DNA from: Mayamaea pseudoterrestris
Lineage: Eukaryota
Length of the DNA stretch: 64,000 nt
Assembly: GCA_027923505.1 (NCBI GenBank)
Contig: BROI01000031.1
Coordinates: 186,001-250,000, forward strand
Reading direction: 5' to 3'
Positions 42,501 to 53,581 of the stretch are shown here, piece after piece; positions within the stretch are counted from its first letter, which is position 1; each line of letters opens with the position of its first letter. Both the position numbers and the translations under genes were made by a program. The notes under the pieces are model-generated. The model was not told the origin of the DNA, did no database searches, and saw only the letters and a program-made list of their open reading frames with translations.

Positions 42501-44683
42501 CGGTTTTGAATCACCTCAACCGTAGCAAAACGAATGCTGCGGGAGAACGTCACCAACATAGGGACTTTGTTGATATACATGATGTCAGCACAAAGAGTAA
42601 CGTCTCGATAGCGACTCATGATAGCCGGTGGAAGCTGCTCAACAATCGCAGGCTTCACCAGATGCGACGCGCGACGCGTCGTCTTTCCTTTTAACGAGCC
42701 AACATCTGGTCCAAAGATGTGCTCAGCAGCCAGGATGTCGGCCTTCGTCACAGGACAGTTCGGCAACTGATTGCTAGTAACGATGCGCAGGTAATCCTTG
42801 AGGCTTGGCCGTCAACTCTTCACTTGCAGTTCCCTAGCTCTAACAGCGCGTAAATAGTCATCATTGGTGTAGTTAGTACGGTTATCGTCTACCGTAGTCA
42901 ACATCGCCACTCCATCCTTGACATCGCTGCGCTTGCCCTTCGAAAAGCTCTCGCAAACATACAGCCCAGAGTCAGTCTCGACAAACTCTCGCTGCTTACC
43001 ATCCGGCTTCTCCACAACGAACATTGGACGATCCACGCCGTGCATGAGATACTCCACGGTAAACTTCTTGCGGACTTGCGCCAAACTCAAAATGTTCGCC
43101 AGTCCCTGCGGATACCACCACACCGGACCATAGCCCTCCAGGTCGCCCATCATGTTCGTCCTTACTGTACCAGCGTTGCGCCAGTCACCATCCACGTTGG
43201 CACCGGGCGAATGTTCGTCAGCATCTTGGCGTTGCAGAACAGATCCACTGTCGACTGATTGTCCAAGAGCACAGCCTTCTTCGAGATGTTCACCTTCGGC
43301 GGCTGCGCGAACATGTATCCGACCTCATCGTCGTCATCGCTTTCTTCCTCGCTACCCAGCGTGAAGTGCTGCGCCCCACTAGCCTCTGCAGCCGGCGCAC
43401 TCTCCGTAGACTCCGTTCTCGTAGGACAGTCTCGCTGCACATGACCAACCTGTTGACAGGTCCAGCATCTGGGAGGGTCACGCGCTGTACCAGTCGTGTG
43501 AAACGCCACGCCCTCGTTCGTTGGCAACGTGGCTTCTCCATCCGCATGCTCACGACGCTGCATGATGTTGTATGCATCGTGGATCGTCAACGGGAAGTTG
43601 TCGTGCCCGTCGAGGTAGCAGTTGCGCAAGTGCTTGCAATACCCAGCGTATTCGCCCGTTGCGCCACGCACGAAAAGCATCGCAAGCTCGAGCTCTTCGG
43701 CGGCCTTGATATCCTCCTTGTTCGCCTTGTTACGATTGTCATCCTTGGCAATGTTCAACGCCACAATCTCGTTGTGCATCGTGACGCCAACCGCCTTCGC
43801 CACGTCTGCCAGCGTGACCATGCTTTCGTAATATTTCTGCAGGCTTTCGCGCGCTCCTTGAGTACGTCCGAACAACTCAGCTTGAATGTCCACGACTTGA
43901 TCCACAAGTTTGCAGCGCCCTTCGTACGTATGCGAGATCTCCTTGATAATCGCCAGCAACTTAATTCCGTCCGTGTCCTCCTCGGCGTCTCGGAACTTGG
44001 CGTGCGACTTGACACGATCCTTCATACGCTCCGTGCATTGTCCATGCAACACGGCGTAGAGACCAGCGAGGAAGTCGGGTATACACGCACGCGCTCGACA
44101 TGCTCTTTCTTGTCGGCCTTGTATTCCTCGAGCATTATGGACCAGTCCGAGTCCGTCGTGTCGGCATCCTTCGTTGGACGTGCAGGCTCGTCAGGAATCT
44201 CCAGTTCCACGTTGCGCATGCCCTTGAGCAGCTCCTTGGTATATTTCTTGTAGGAGCGCCCGACGAAAGTGATGATCTCGTTCGTCGTACGGATGAATCC
44301 ATCGGGATCGCGCGAACCGTTATAGTCGTAGATGAATCCAGCGAGCGTCGGCTCGCTTCCTTGGAAATTTCCACTCGGCGCACGACTCGGTCCGTTGAGT
44401 CTGTTACCATTGCCTTGATTCCCGGAACGATTCCCAGCACGATTCCCACGACGATAATGACGGTTGCGTCGGTTTCCTTCGCTTGCTGGCGGAGCGGGAG
44501 GTGCACCTCCACCGCTCGACGCCGCTCCTGTCGTCGGAGTATTGCTCGTCGAAGACATGTCTTTTCACTCGCTTCTTGGAGAAAATGTTGGATCTAGAAT
44601 ATATCTTGCGCGCCCTTGAAGCGACACTAATGATTAAGCAGAACAGAGTCAATAAAACCACTTTGCTTATTTTCTCCCAGAAG
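39579..44683 (-). mobile_element. Ty1/copia family A copy 2: full 3' LTR 39579-39789, 5' LTR reduced to 98 bp (44586-44683), no TSD
   Basis: Near-identical to 13268-18393; gag ATG at 44558; several frameshifting indels; left flank ATTTG is not repeated on the right. Confidence 0.93.
44572..44586 (-). other. Putative self-priming PBS of family A
   Basis: Minus-strand ATTTTCTCCAAGAAG is the perfect reverse complement of CTTCTTGGAGAAAAT in the full LTR (13351-13365); no TGG tRNA-type PBS. Confidence 0.7.
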
Positions 44684-44740
44684 CTAGTAATGTAGTACTA
44701 GCATAAGATTGGTTCTGTGTATCAAAGTCGGCAATGACAT

Positions 44741-45035
44741 CTACTTCGCCTCTCGATCAGCCGTCTCCAACCTTTTCTGAGCGTTCCACTGCTTTTGCTC
44801 CGACTTGGAGAAAACCTTTCCATTGTTTTGATTCTCCATGTAGATCCAGACTCCCTGATTCAATAAGTGTGAGTGCGGACGAGCGACGATTGGACGGTGC
44901 GAATGCGTGGACCCAGTTCCTCATTGCCAAATGATAAACGAATGTACTTACAGCACCAACGACAGCGACTGCCCACGCGGCGAGCCTTCCGCCTTTACCT
45001 AGCCCTGCGCTAAATACATTGTTCACCGGGCTCAT
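44741..45035 (-). CDS. Small 65-aa single-TM protein, 2 exons (intron 44855-44951)
   Basis: GTAAGT...CAG intron in phase 0; product MSPVNNVFSAGLGKGGRLAAWAVAVVGAGVWIYMENQNNGKVFSKSEQKQWNAQKRLETADREAK. Confidence 0.75.
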
Positions 45036-45359
45036 TTTGGATCAACGGCGAGTGGAAAACGGATGATGGATAATGGAACGAAAACGAACGAGGCGCAGCG
45101 CGAGCGGGCGCGGGTCGAAGGTTAGATGAGTGACGTTGCGACAGAATTTGATTCGTTAGCCTACTACTAGCAGGCTTGATGGCAGCACCAGCAAGGCATC
45201 CCATCTTGTAGAGCAGCCTATATATGGATGTTGCCACTCTCCCGGGGGCTCTGAGAATGGGATGTTATAAGTGATGGCTGCTGCTGAGAGATAAGCCACC
45301 TGCACGCAACGAGTCTAAGCTTTCAATTTTATATAATATATAGGGAACTTAACTGGTAC

Positions 45360-46796
45360 CTATAGCCTGCTACGAATTACAAGGCGCCGTGTACAGAGTG
45401 GTTCCTTGCCGCTTTGAAGTGGTTGATGGCCAGCGTGACGGCTTGCATCAGCAGCAACGTTTCGTATCCCCAATCCATCCAACAGGCGAATCCAATGTAG
45501 GACTGCAAGACGCGTTGGGCCTCCCAGCATGAGTTGCACTATTGTGTCGGAATGGTTAGCGCCGGCAATATAAACTTCGTCTATTCGGCCACCACCATTA
45601 AATCCGTCACAACTGCGCAAAATTCGGGCTGCTTCTGCCGTTGCAGTGAACGGAACCGTTGCATCTTCCATGCCATGGAGAAGCATTACATATTTTGGTA
45701 GCTTTGCTGTAACAACAGACTCCGTCATGTCAAGTGAAAGCATACTTTGTAATCTTTGCGCTGGTGAATTGGCCGCAAACGCCTGTCGAGTATATCCATT
45801 GACAGGTTTCATGGGTGAAATTTCTTCCACTCCTCGGGCAGCTTCATAATCAAAATGATGTCCAATATCGTACGGACCCGAGAGTCCAATATATGAGTCA
45901 AATGATTGGAGTGAACACTGCGAATCACATGCGTGGTCGTTGGTGATCAACGCTAGTAGTGCAAGGTGCGCGCCAGATGAATGCCCCATGATTGTTTTGC
46001 GATATTTCTCGTCGGGAAAAAGTTGATTGAGACACCACGTTGCTGCATTAACATCATCAAGTTGCTCCTGTATGGTTCCATCTGGATATACTCTATAGTT
46101 CGGAATCGCAACGACGTATCCCTGTTCCAAAAATGACTGCGCAACGAGCCGATACATCCATGCACATCCACTTCCCCAGGCGCCGCCATGCCAAAATACG
46201 ATAAGTCGCTTGCCTTTGTTAAGACATTCGTTTTTTGGGTGATATATATCCATGTTTTGTCGAGCATGATGGCCGTAGGAAACCGATTGTGCGCAACGAG
46301 TCAGCTGGAGGAACTCCCAGGCCGCACGAGGCGAAACCACTGCTAACGAAGGGGCCGAAAGAGTCACTAAACTGTCTGACAGTGTCCGAAACCCGCCACA
46401 ATCCCGAAAGCGATGCTGCCACTTTAATGGAAGCAAAAGGCTCAAGAGGCGAGTGCTTGCGTCTCCTAAGTTTGGAGCATGTATTAAATGAGGATGCGGA
46501 AGACGACTCCAATGTTTTGAGTGAGTCTGCATTATTCGATCAATGAGTCTTTCCTGCAGCGTCTCGTGCAAATAGTGACTGTGAGCTGCGTTGTTTGTAT
46601 CTTGTTCAGAATGATGTAGTAAATGCCGATCATGGCGTCGATGCCTGTTCGAAAGGGAAGAATTTCTAGTCAACAAGGCATGCTGCAGGGAATCGAAGGG
46701 CGACACTCGCGGAGGAGTCAGTGACAAAGCCAAGGCTTGCTTTGTGGTTAGGCTGGACGTGGAACAATGGCTAGACAAGTAGCGAATGTCCGCCAT
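45360..46796 (-). CDS. Isoprenylcysteine methylesterase-like alpha/beta hydrolase
   Basis: FWHGGAWGSG, PNYRVYP, MGHSSGAH, LSGPYDI, LLHGMEDATVP, late His. Confidence 0.85.
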   Translation of the reverse strand: MADIRYLSSHCSTSSLTTKQALALSLTPPRVSPFDSLQHALLTRNSSLSNRHRRHDRHLLHHSEQDTNNAAHSHYLHETLQERLIDRIMQTHSKHWSRLPHPHLIHAPNLGDASTRLLSLLLPLKWQHRFRDCGGFRTLSDSLVTLSAPSLAVVSPRAAWEFLQLTRCAQSVSYGHHARQNMDIYHPKNECLNKGKRLIVFWHGGAWGSGCAWMYRLVAQSFLEQGYVVAIPNYRVYPDGTIQEQLDDVNAATWCLNQLFPDEKYRKTIMGHSSGAHLALLALITNDHACDSQCSLQSFDSYIGLSGPYDIGHHFDYEAARGVEEISPMKPVNGYTRQAFAANSPAQRLQSMLSLDMTESVVTAKLPKYVMLLHGMEDATVPFTATAEAARILRSCDGFNGGGRIDEVYIAGANHSDTIVQLMLGGPTRLAVLHWIRLLDGLGIRNVAADASRHAGHQPLQSGKEPLCTRRLVIRSRL

Positions 46797-47321
46797 GATT
46801 AACAGTAAGTATGATAATCTGATGATGACGAGGCAGCAGCAAGCATCGAGGACTTTTGGTCTTAGCGGCACTGGAATAACGTGTCATAGCGGTAATGGCG
46901 TGAATGGCGAACAAAAAACACATTCGCGGAGCGGGGAGGTGGTAGGATCAATGCTTTTTAGGGAGCAGTGGCATTCGCGCGCTTCGCGCGCGCAAACACT
47001 GCCAAACCATGGACAAAAGTAAAATTAATACTGGCCTCATATCAATTTGCATATTTGTAGCCAGAATCTAGATGGGTAGATGCCAACAATCTTGTCTTTA
47101 TGGAACAAAAGGAAAAACTATAGATTGCTTAGATCAAACAGTAATCAATGGCTCTTTTGAGAAACTACTCCTAAAGTAAAGCCCAATGTTACTTGGCATA
47201 GCTAACAGGGTCATTGCGAGGGGTCATTGCATGCGCCGAAAGCTTGACGTCATATCTGTCGCAGTGGCAGCGCACCAATTAATGTCGTGAAGCATGTTCG
47301 GATAGATCCTACCACAATGAG

Positions 47322-48490
47322 ATGCTTTATTTTGCTCGTCGCGCTTGCCCAATAAGCTGCCGTTCAATGCATGTCTTTACAAAACGTCAACTCGTGTTGG
47401 TAATATTTGGATTGTCGCGTAAATCAAGCGGCTTGGCTGGTGCTTGTGGAAGAATGGGTTACAATTCTTCACACATTTGCACCGAGCAACGACACGACGC
47501 CATGACTAACGGCTTGTTCGAAACAAGGCAAGCTGCAAGCTGCTACTGGCTGGGATGCGAGAAGCGACAAGATATGGGCGATGCCATGGCCATAGTGACA
47601 TCATCTATCAAAAAATTGATACCTACACGACGAGTCGAAAGTCAAAAGAATTGCAGTTATTGGTCTCTTTCAAGTCGAAGGATTGCGGCATGCGGCAGGC
47701 TATCTGCATGACATGCAATGCAAGCGACAAGCACCAATCCCCAAGCAAACTCGACGACGGAATGATCATTCACTGAACGCATTGCTGGTACTCGCTCTTC
47801 TATGCTTGACTTTACAAACGAAACGGATCGCTTGTACCGGTAAAATACAATATGGCAGAGCAACCAACATGTAAATATTCGCTAAGGAGGAATTGTGAAG
47901 AACCGACTGTACGTACGACATTTCCGTTCGCCTTCGATTGATGCTCCATCTATTTGACGCAAGTTGGATCGCTCGTGGCGCTGCTGCTACATGAGACTCT
48001 TTGTCAGAGCCAGCAGGCTCGCGACTCACCACAGTGTGACGGAAACGCAACAGGAGTATGACATACCGTATATGCACCGGTTCTGGAATGGATCGACGAG
48101 CTTGAACTCGTTAACGAAAATGCTGCACTTGAGTCAGCACGAGATAGGCTTTGACGCTTGGAAGGCCGCATGTAGCCGTGAGCTCCTCGTGGTAGATACT
48201 CGCACATGTCGACGAATGTAGCAAATTCTGCCATTCATATACTCGACAATGGCAAAACTCATTACTATTATTGGCGCGCAACAGCGACTGGATGACTTTT
48301 TTGATTGTGCGCCGGAGCACCGATGGAAACGTTCATGAAGCTTGCAAATGAAGTCGTCACTTGTATTCACCATGACAAAGCCAAGGTCGACTTCACTTGC
48401 AGTTGTGGGCTTGCGATGGCGACATGCAGGCATCTATCATACAATATACTGCACGTCTGCGGAATTAATATTGACATTATTGTTAACTAG
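47322..48490 (+). pseudogene. Possible decayed MULE/SWIM transposase remnant
   Basis: Fragmented short ORFs; the last contains FTCSCG...TCRHL (SWIM-like CxC...CxH). No TIRs seen. Confidence 0.3.
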
Positions 48491-48504
48491 ATAATTATGC
48501 CATG

Positions 48505-50436
48505 TCACTTTGAGTGCACTCTCTCGCCATCAACCCCTGCCAGCGATTCGTATAACTGTCGCTTGGCCAATCTATCGCTCCGTCGGCGCAGAATGGTGTA
48601 TAGGGCAAGCGCGAGGCAGCATAGCGAAATGCAAACAAAGCAAATTTGATCCCAAGCGACTTCGTCTGCACCTGATAAGCTTGTCATCGGACGAGGAGCG
48701 TGTCGCCATGGCATGGTGTTAATTTCATAAAGCATGGCTCCAAGCGCCCACGAAATCTTGTGCCCGTTGATCACCTTGGTCGCCCGAATAGTATCGTTCA
48801 TTCCAAATCCGTACCCACTGTGCAACAGTTGGAAGGCATACGCTGACCGAAAGCAGTATGATTCAATGTTTTCATATTGGATTCGACCGTCAGTAAACTC
48901 AAGCAACTCGTCACGCGACATTTCGCATGCGCGCTTCGTCGCGTCGTGCAACTGATGCAGCGTTGCATACTCGGGCAAGTCTAGAAACTTCCAAACATGA
49001 TAGTAGTTGGAAAACCCAACGAATGATCCCACTGTTTCCGACTGCGTAGGTAACTTTGGTTGGTAAATGCCGGCGAAGCTACAGTCGCCTTGATGGGCAA
49101 ACTCGCACCAGTCATTCTTTTCAAGGTGCAGCAAGTCCTTGGTCAACCTCATGCAACGTTCAAAGTCACCCTTGACAAACTTATTTTTCAGCATGGCTTG
49201 GTAGTATCCATTACCGGATGGGTATACTTGCGTGTAGTTCCAAGATTCCATACCCGTCGGTGTAACGTGAATGTTGGATCGGACCTGTGATGTTGCGCCT
49301 CCAGGGAGACATGGGTCATGAACACCTTCAATCAGTCGCTCATCGCTGGACTTGTCGGCCACTAGTCGAGCTTGGTATCGATGAATTGCCTCGTTCATGC
49401 CGTAGTAAAGGTAACTGTGCGAGTAAACGTTCCAGTGCTTGGCTTGTCCTATTTGCAGCTTGAACAGATTGGCCATTATATCCTCCTCCGGTTCAAAGAA
49501 GGAAATCTGCGTCGATGCCCCACCCAGATCGAGCGCTCCCACCGTTTGCTTTGGGTTTACAACCGTACCGGCTCCCTGCGACTGCTCAAGCAAGTCGCCC
49601 AAGACAAAGTTGACACCTGTCCAGTCAAAGATTGCCTCCTCCTCTCCGCTCAACGTTCGCGCTTGTTCATTGGTAAAGGCAAAGGGGCAGTAGGATTCAT
49701 TGTGAAACAGTCTGCGAACAGCATTCAAGACTCGCGTTCGATCGTTTTGCGATAGAATGCGCATGCCAGCCGTAGCTCGAAGAAATATTGGAAAGTCTCC
49801 AAAATGTTCCTCCTTCTCATGGAGAATCGTCTTTGCAAATTCCAGCAATGGCTGCAAATATTCTGCAATGGCCGTTTGTAGTTCCAAGCCATTTCCAATA
49901 CTAGCAAAGGACGCCAATCCAGGTTCCAGTCGATCCGTCCATCTCGAATCAGTTCCGGGAAAGGAAAGCTTTGATCCGGAAACAGCGTTCGAAACGTCCT
50001 CGTCGGTCTCCAGCAATCTCGGCTCCCATTCATAAACATGCATGCGACTCCCCGTAGATCCAGCGTCAATCATGAGACCATGCACAGTGGCGCGATCAAT
50101 GCCAGGGTCGCTCCAAAGTTGTTTCAGGAGCTTGGAATGCGATTTCTTTGACTTTAGCGCCTGCGATTCAGCGAGTCGTTGGAGTCGCAGATTCTCGTGC
50201 TGATACTTTTTCTCTAGCTTATTCTCCAACTTCCAAGCGTTCTTGGCAGAATTATCATGTTTCTGATGATGACGATGATGTTTGAGTTGACGATGATGTT
50301 TATCATGGTCTTTCGAGCGGTCTTGTCGAAGCTGCCGACGACGCTGATGACCGTTCCACGAATCAACATCTTCCACGGAAAGAGAATCGTCGCTCCTTTC
50401 ATTGCTGCTGCTAATCATCATGGCTTGATAATCCAA
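48505..50436 (-). CDS. GDA1/CD39 family apyrase (NTPDase) with C-terminal TM; 5' end uncertain
   Basis: Apyrase conserved regions MIDAGSTGSR, RATAGMR, SGEEEA, ALDLGGASTQ, SWALGA. An upstream exon is possible (GTAAGT near 50625). Confidence 0.92.
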   Translation of the reverse strand: MDYQAMMISSSNERSDDSLSVEDVDSWNGHQRRRQLRQDRSKDHDKHHRQLKHHRHHQKHDNSAKNAWKLENKLEKKYQHENLRLQRLAESQALKSKKSHSKLLKQLWSDPGIDRATVHGLMIDAGSTGSRMHVYEWEPRLLETDEDVSNAVSGSKLSFPGTDSRWTDRLEPGLASFASIGNGLELQTAIAEYLQPLLEFAKTILHEKEEHFGDFPIFLRATAGMRILSQNDRTRVLNAVRRLFHNESYCPFAFTNEQARTLSGEEEAIFDWTGVNFVLGDLLEQSQGAGTVVNPKQTVGALDLGGASTQISFFEPEEDIMANLFKLQIGQAKHWNVYSHSYLYYGMNEAIHRYQARLVADKSSDERLIEGVHDPCLPGGATSQVRSNIHVTPTGMESWNYTQVYPSGNGYYQAMLKNKFVKGDFERCMRLTKDLLHLEKNDWCEFAHQGDCSFAGIYQPKLPTQSETVGSFVGFSNYYHVWKFLDLPEYATLHQLHDATKRACEMSRDELLEFTDGRIQYENIESYCFRSAYAFQLLHSGYGFGMNDTIRATKVINGHKISWALGAMLYEINTMPWRHAPRPMTSLSGADEVAWDQICFVCISLCCLALALYTILRRRSDRLAKRQLYESLAGVDGERVHSK

Positions 50437-51058
50437 ACAATCTACTCCTTCTTCCGCCTCAAGTAACTTGGCAGTCTCTGCAAGACCTCAACGACAAGCA
50501 TTGCTGGCCAGTTTCGTCGGCCATCAAAGAGGGGCGGTGCTCCACGATGACGAAGATTCAAATCGAGTGACGCCCGCGCTGGAGAAGATTCCTCAACACT
50601 CCTCTGCAGTCGCGTTTTGGACTTACTTGGCAGTACAACTGACTACCGGTAGTCACACATGAGTCATCAAATGTCACGGATTGAAAAGAGTGACGAAGGT
50701 GGATGAAGCCTCAAAATGGCGCTTCGTTTGGCACGATTCCTCGAAACGTGCGTCAGCTGTTTCGTCCCACTTACTGTTTCGTGAATACACGCTCGCAGCT
50801 GGATCATGTGCCATTCATTTACGTTAGTAATGTGCGATCATTTTGACTGTTAACTCGGCATTGCCCATGAACAACGCATTGGAGCTACATAGTTATGTAT
50901 ATATTTATTTTGACATTCACTTCAGATAGCGCTTGTTCAGTGCGCAAGACATCGTCGCGCCTGCCGTTTGCTACTCGACACTCGTGTGCAAATTGTAGCA
51001 ACAAGCAATCTCCAATCATGCAGACGCCCGCGCTTGTTCTGCGTGAGACATGTGTGTT

Positions 51059-51261
51059 ACAAATAGGCAGTCGTCACGGAAACCATATGACGGTCCAAGT
51101 ACAAACTGACTGCACCAAATTTCCATGCCTGGCACGGCCAGTTGCAGAGCTTGCCGGATCACAAATAGAAAGTCGTCACGGAAAACCATTTGACAATCCA
51201 AGTACAAACTGACTGCACCATATTTCCATGCCTGGCACGGCCAGTTGCAGAGCTTGCCGGA
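51059..51261. repeat. ~102-bp tandem duplication (2 copies)
   Basis: ACAAATAG...AGTCGTCACGGAAA...CCAAGTACAAACTGACTGCACCA...GCAGAGCTTGCCGGA starts at 51059 and 51161. Confidence 0.9.
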
Positions 51262-51408
51262 GCGAACAACGAATACTCCTTTGACTTTGAACGTCCGAGG
51301 CAATTAGCGCAGATCAAACAAGGTGTTGTTCACCAATTTATCTGAATAAAGCTTTTCTTCTGGCTCAACTCTCGCTCGGGTAACGAATGTGCGCATGCAT
51401 GCACGCCG

Positions 51409-53070
51409 TTACCTTCTCAAAGTCAAACGCTCGAAACGCTGCTGCTGACGTTGCCGCTTCTGCTCTTCCAGTCGCCCTAGCTTTGCCTTTGCCCTTGCTG
51501 CTACACGAATGGCTTGTTCCATATTAAATCCAGCCGCAGGATCTTTTTGATTTGGTAGGATACACATGTGAACGTCTACTGTCACGTTGCCTCTACCGCC
51601 CCATTGCTCCATTCGCTGATCGAAGACGATTAGCTCTCGCATCATGTCAGAGGACGATCGACTCATGGCGATAAAGGCCGATCGCGCTGCCGATACAACC
51701 GCCATGTCGACGAAAAAGGCAGAACCAGCGTACGGTCCATGCTCGGCTCTCTTGTCGGGACTTTCTTCCTCATGCGTGGCAGTCACGACGCTTACGTTCA
51801 TCCCCTCCATCCCTTCTAGGTACGTTGTCAAGTTTTGTATTGTGCAAGTTCGGTCCGACATGAGACCAACCTTGACTGGAAGCGATTGGTCTTCGCGAGA
51901 CAAAGAAATCTCTTGAATACATTTGATCTCTCGACTAATATCGCATCCGTCAAGAGCAGCGTATCGATGACGCGAGTGTATTCCAATGGTAAAGTATCTT
52001 TTGCCATCGCCAAGCATCGGTGTCGGTGCCAGCATTGGTACCTTGGCTTGTAGCAAGTCGGCCAATTGGAAGGTGTATCGGTGCAGCATGCCATACAAAA
52101 AGTCTGGTCCAAGATGAAAAAGTTGTTTGACCGTCTCTCGTCCGAAGTTGGTCATTAGCACTGTTTCTTGCAATTCCGCTTCGCCTAGCGAACTAAACTT
52201 GGAATAACATTCTGGAAAAACGACAACTTTGTACGGATACTTTTGGAGCAGGTCGACTCCATAGTTTTGCTCATAGTTGTCTGGAACAGGAAACCGAGGT
52301 TCATCTCTGGCCCGTCCCATAGTGGCGTGGTATGGTATCATAAAGGGTTCATTTTGGTCGTCCTTGTCGTTGTTGAGCAATCGTTTCCACTCATCGTAGG
52401 AAGCAATCCATGGCGCTCGAGTCAGTACTTTGGCGCAATCGCTCTCGGTGTTTGCACTTTTGCAAATGTGGTCAAAAGCGTTCATGTTGTATTTCAAGCA
52501 GGTTTCCTTGTCCCAGTACTTGTAAAGAACGGTTCGATTCGTGAGAATGGACCATAGTATGCCGTTCCAAAAAATGTGCGCATGGTTTCCAGCCTGCATT
52601 GAAACGTCACGACATTGTGGGTATCAAGATAAGATAGAACGTGATGTATGCAAGTTAAGAACAATTTGGCTTACCTGCAACGGACACTGGTAAAAAGCAA
52701 TTGCAAATAGTCGGTTCTCTGGATGAGGATCCTTGCGGAGAGCGTCGACCGAGTGCTGCTCAATGTATTTCTCCATGACTTGAATCGGAATGGGCGCGCC
52801 ACGTTGGTAGATTGTCGACTTGTCAATTGGGTAGTGAAAGACTGATTCTGCTAGAGTCTTATTGATTATGGAGGAATTTCGATTGCTGTAAACCACGTCC
52901 TTTATCACGATTGTAGTAGCTCTCTCGCCGAGACTGCTATGATTACTCTTGTATCGCAGTCCAAGCTGAAACGTTGTTCGCAACGTCCATGTCGTTAAAA
53001 ATAGCAAGAGTAGCGCTAGTGTCGCGACGGCAATGAAGAATTGTTTTGTAGACTTTGGAAACAAAGCCAT
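51409..53070 (-). CDS. Type II membrane glycosyltransferase, fucosyltransferase-like; 2 exons (intron 52594-52674)
   Basis: N-terminal TM; spliced CPLQ-AGN; IGIHSRH, LMSDR, DMAVVS and SSS motifs resembling fucosyltransferase motifs I-III. Confidence 0.7.
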
Positions 53071-53581
53071 GCTGCTGATGAATGCCGACTGTATCTGTGA
53101 AAGCTTCCGTCGTCCTCCTCTCAATCGTTGAGAATTTGATCTTGCCTGCTTTCAAGTTTCTTCCTTTCTATACTCGTGCTCTCGCTCAAGCCTTTCCTCT
53201 ACCGATAGTATAAATTCAATTAGCAACTCGAGTGACACAGGAGAGCAAGAAAGCAAGATGATGGCGCCGTCGCCAAAAGGTCTGGCGAGGAGTTTTTGGG
53301 TGGCAAGTCAAGAACCGGTCCGACGTACGGTAGTTGTTTTGAACTATGATATTGTTGTTGACATGTTACTTGGAACAGGAAGTGTGTAGTACTTTCAGTT
53401 GCAAAGCATTCACAAGACAGTGGAACTATCATAGGTGAGTGAACGCTTTGTTTTCACCCTGCATTGGTTCCGACTTTACACCGGTACAGTAGCTTATATT
53501 CTTCTCGTTCAGAAAGGATAGCTAAAGTTGTGAAGCGCACGCACCAAATCTTGCGTCCGTGTCTCTACGGTGGCGCGCACC

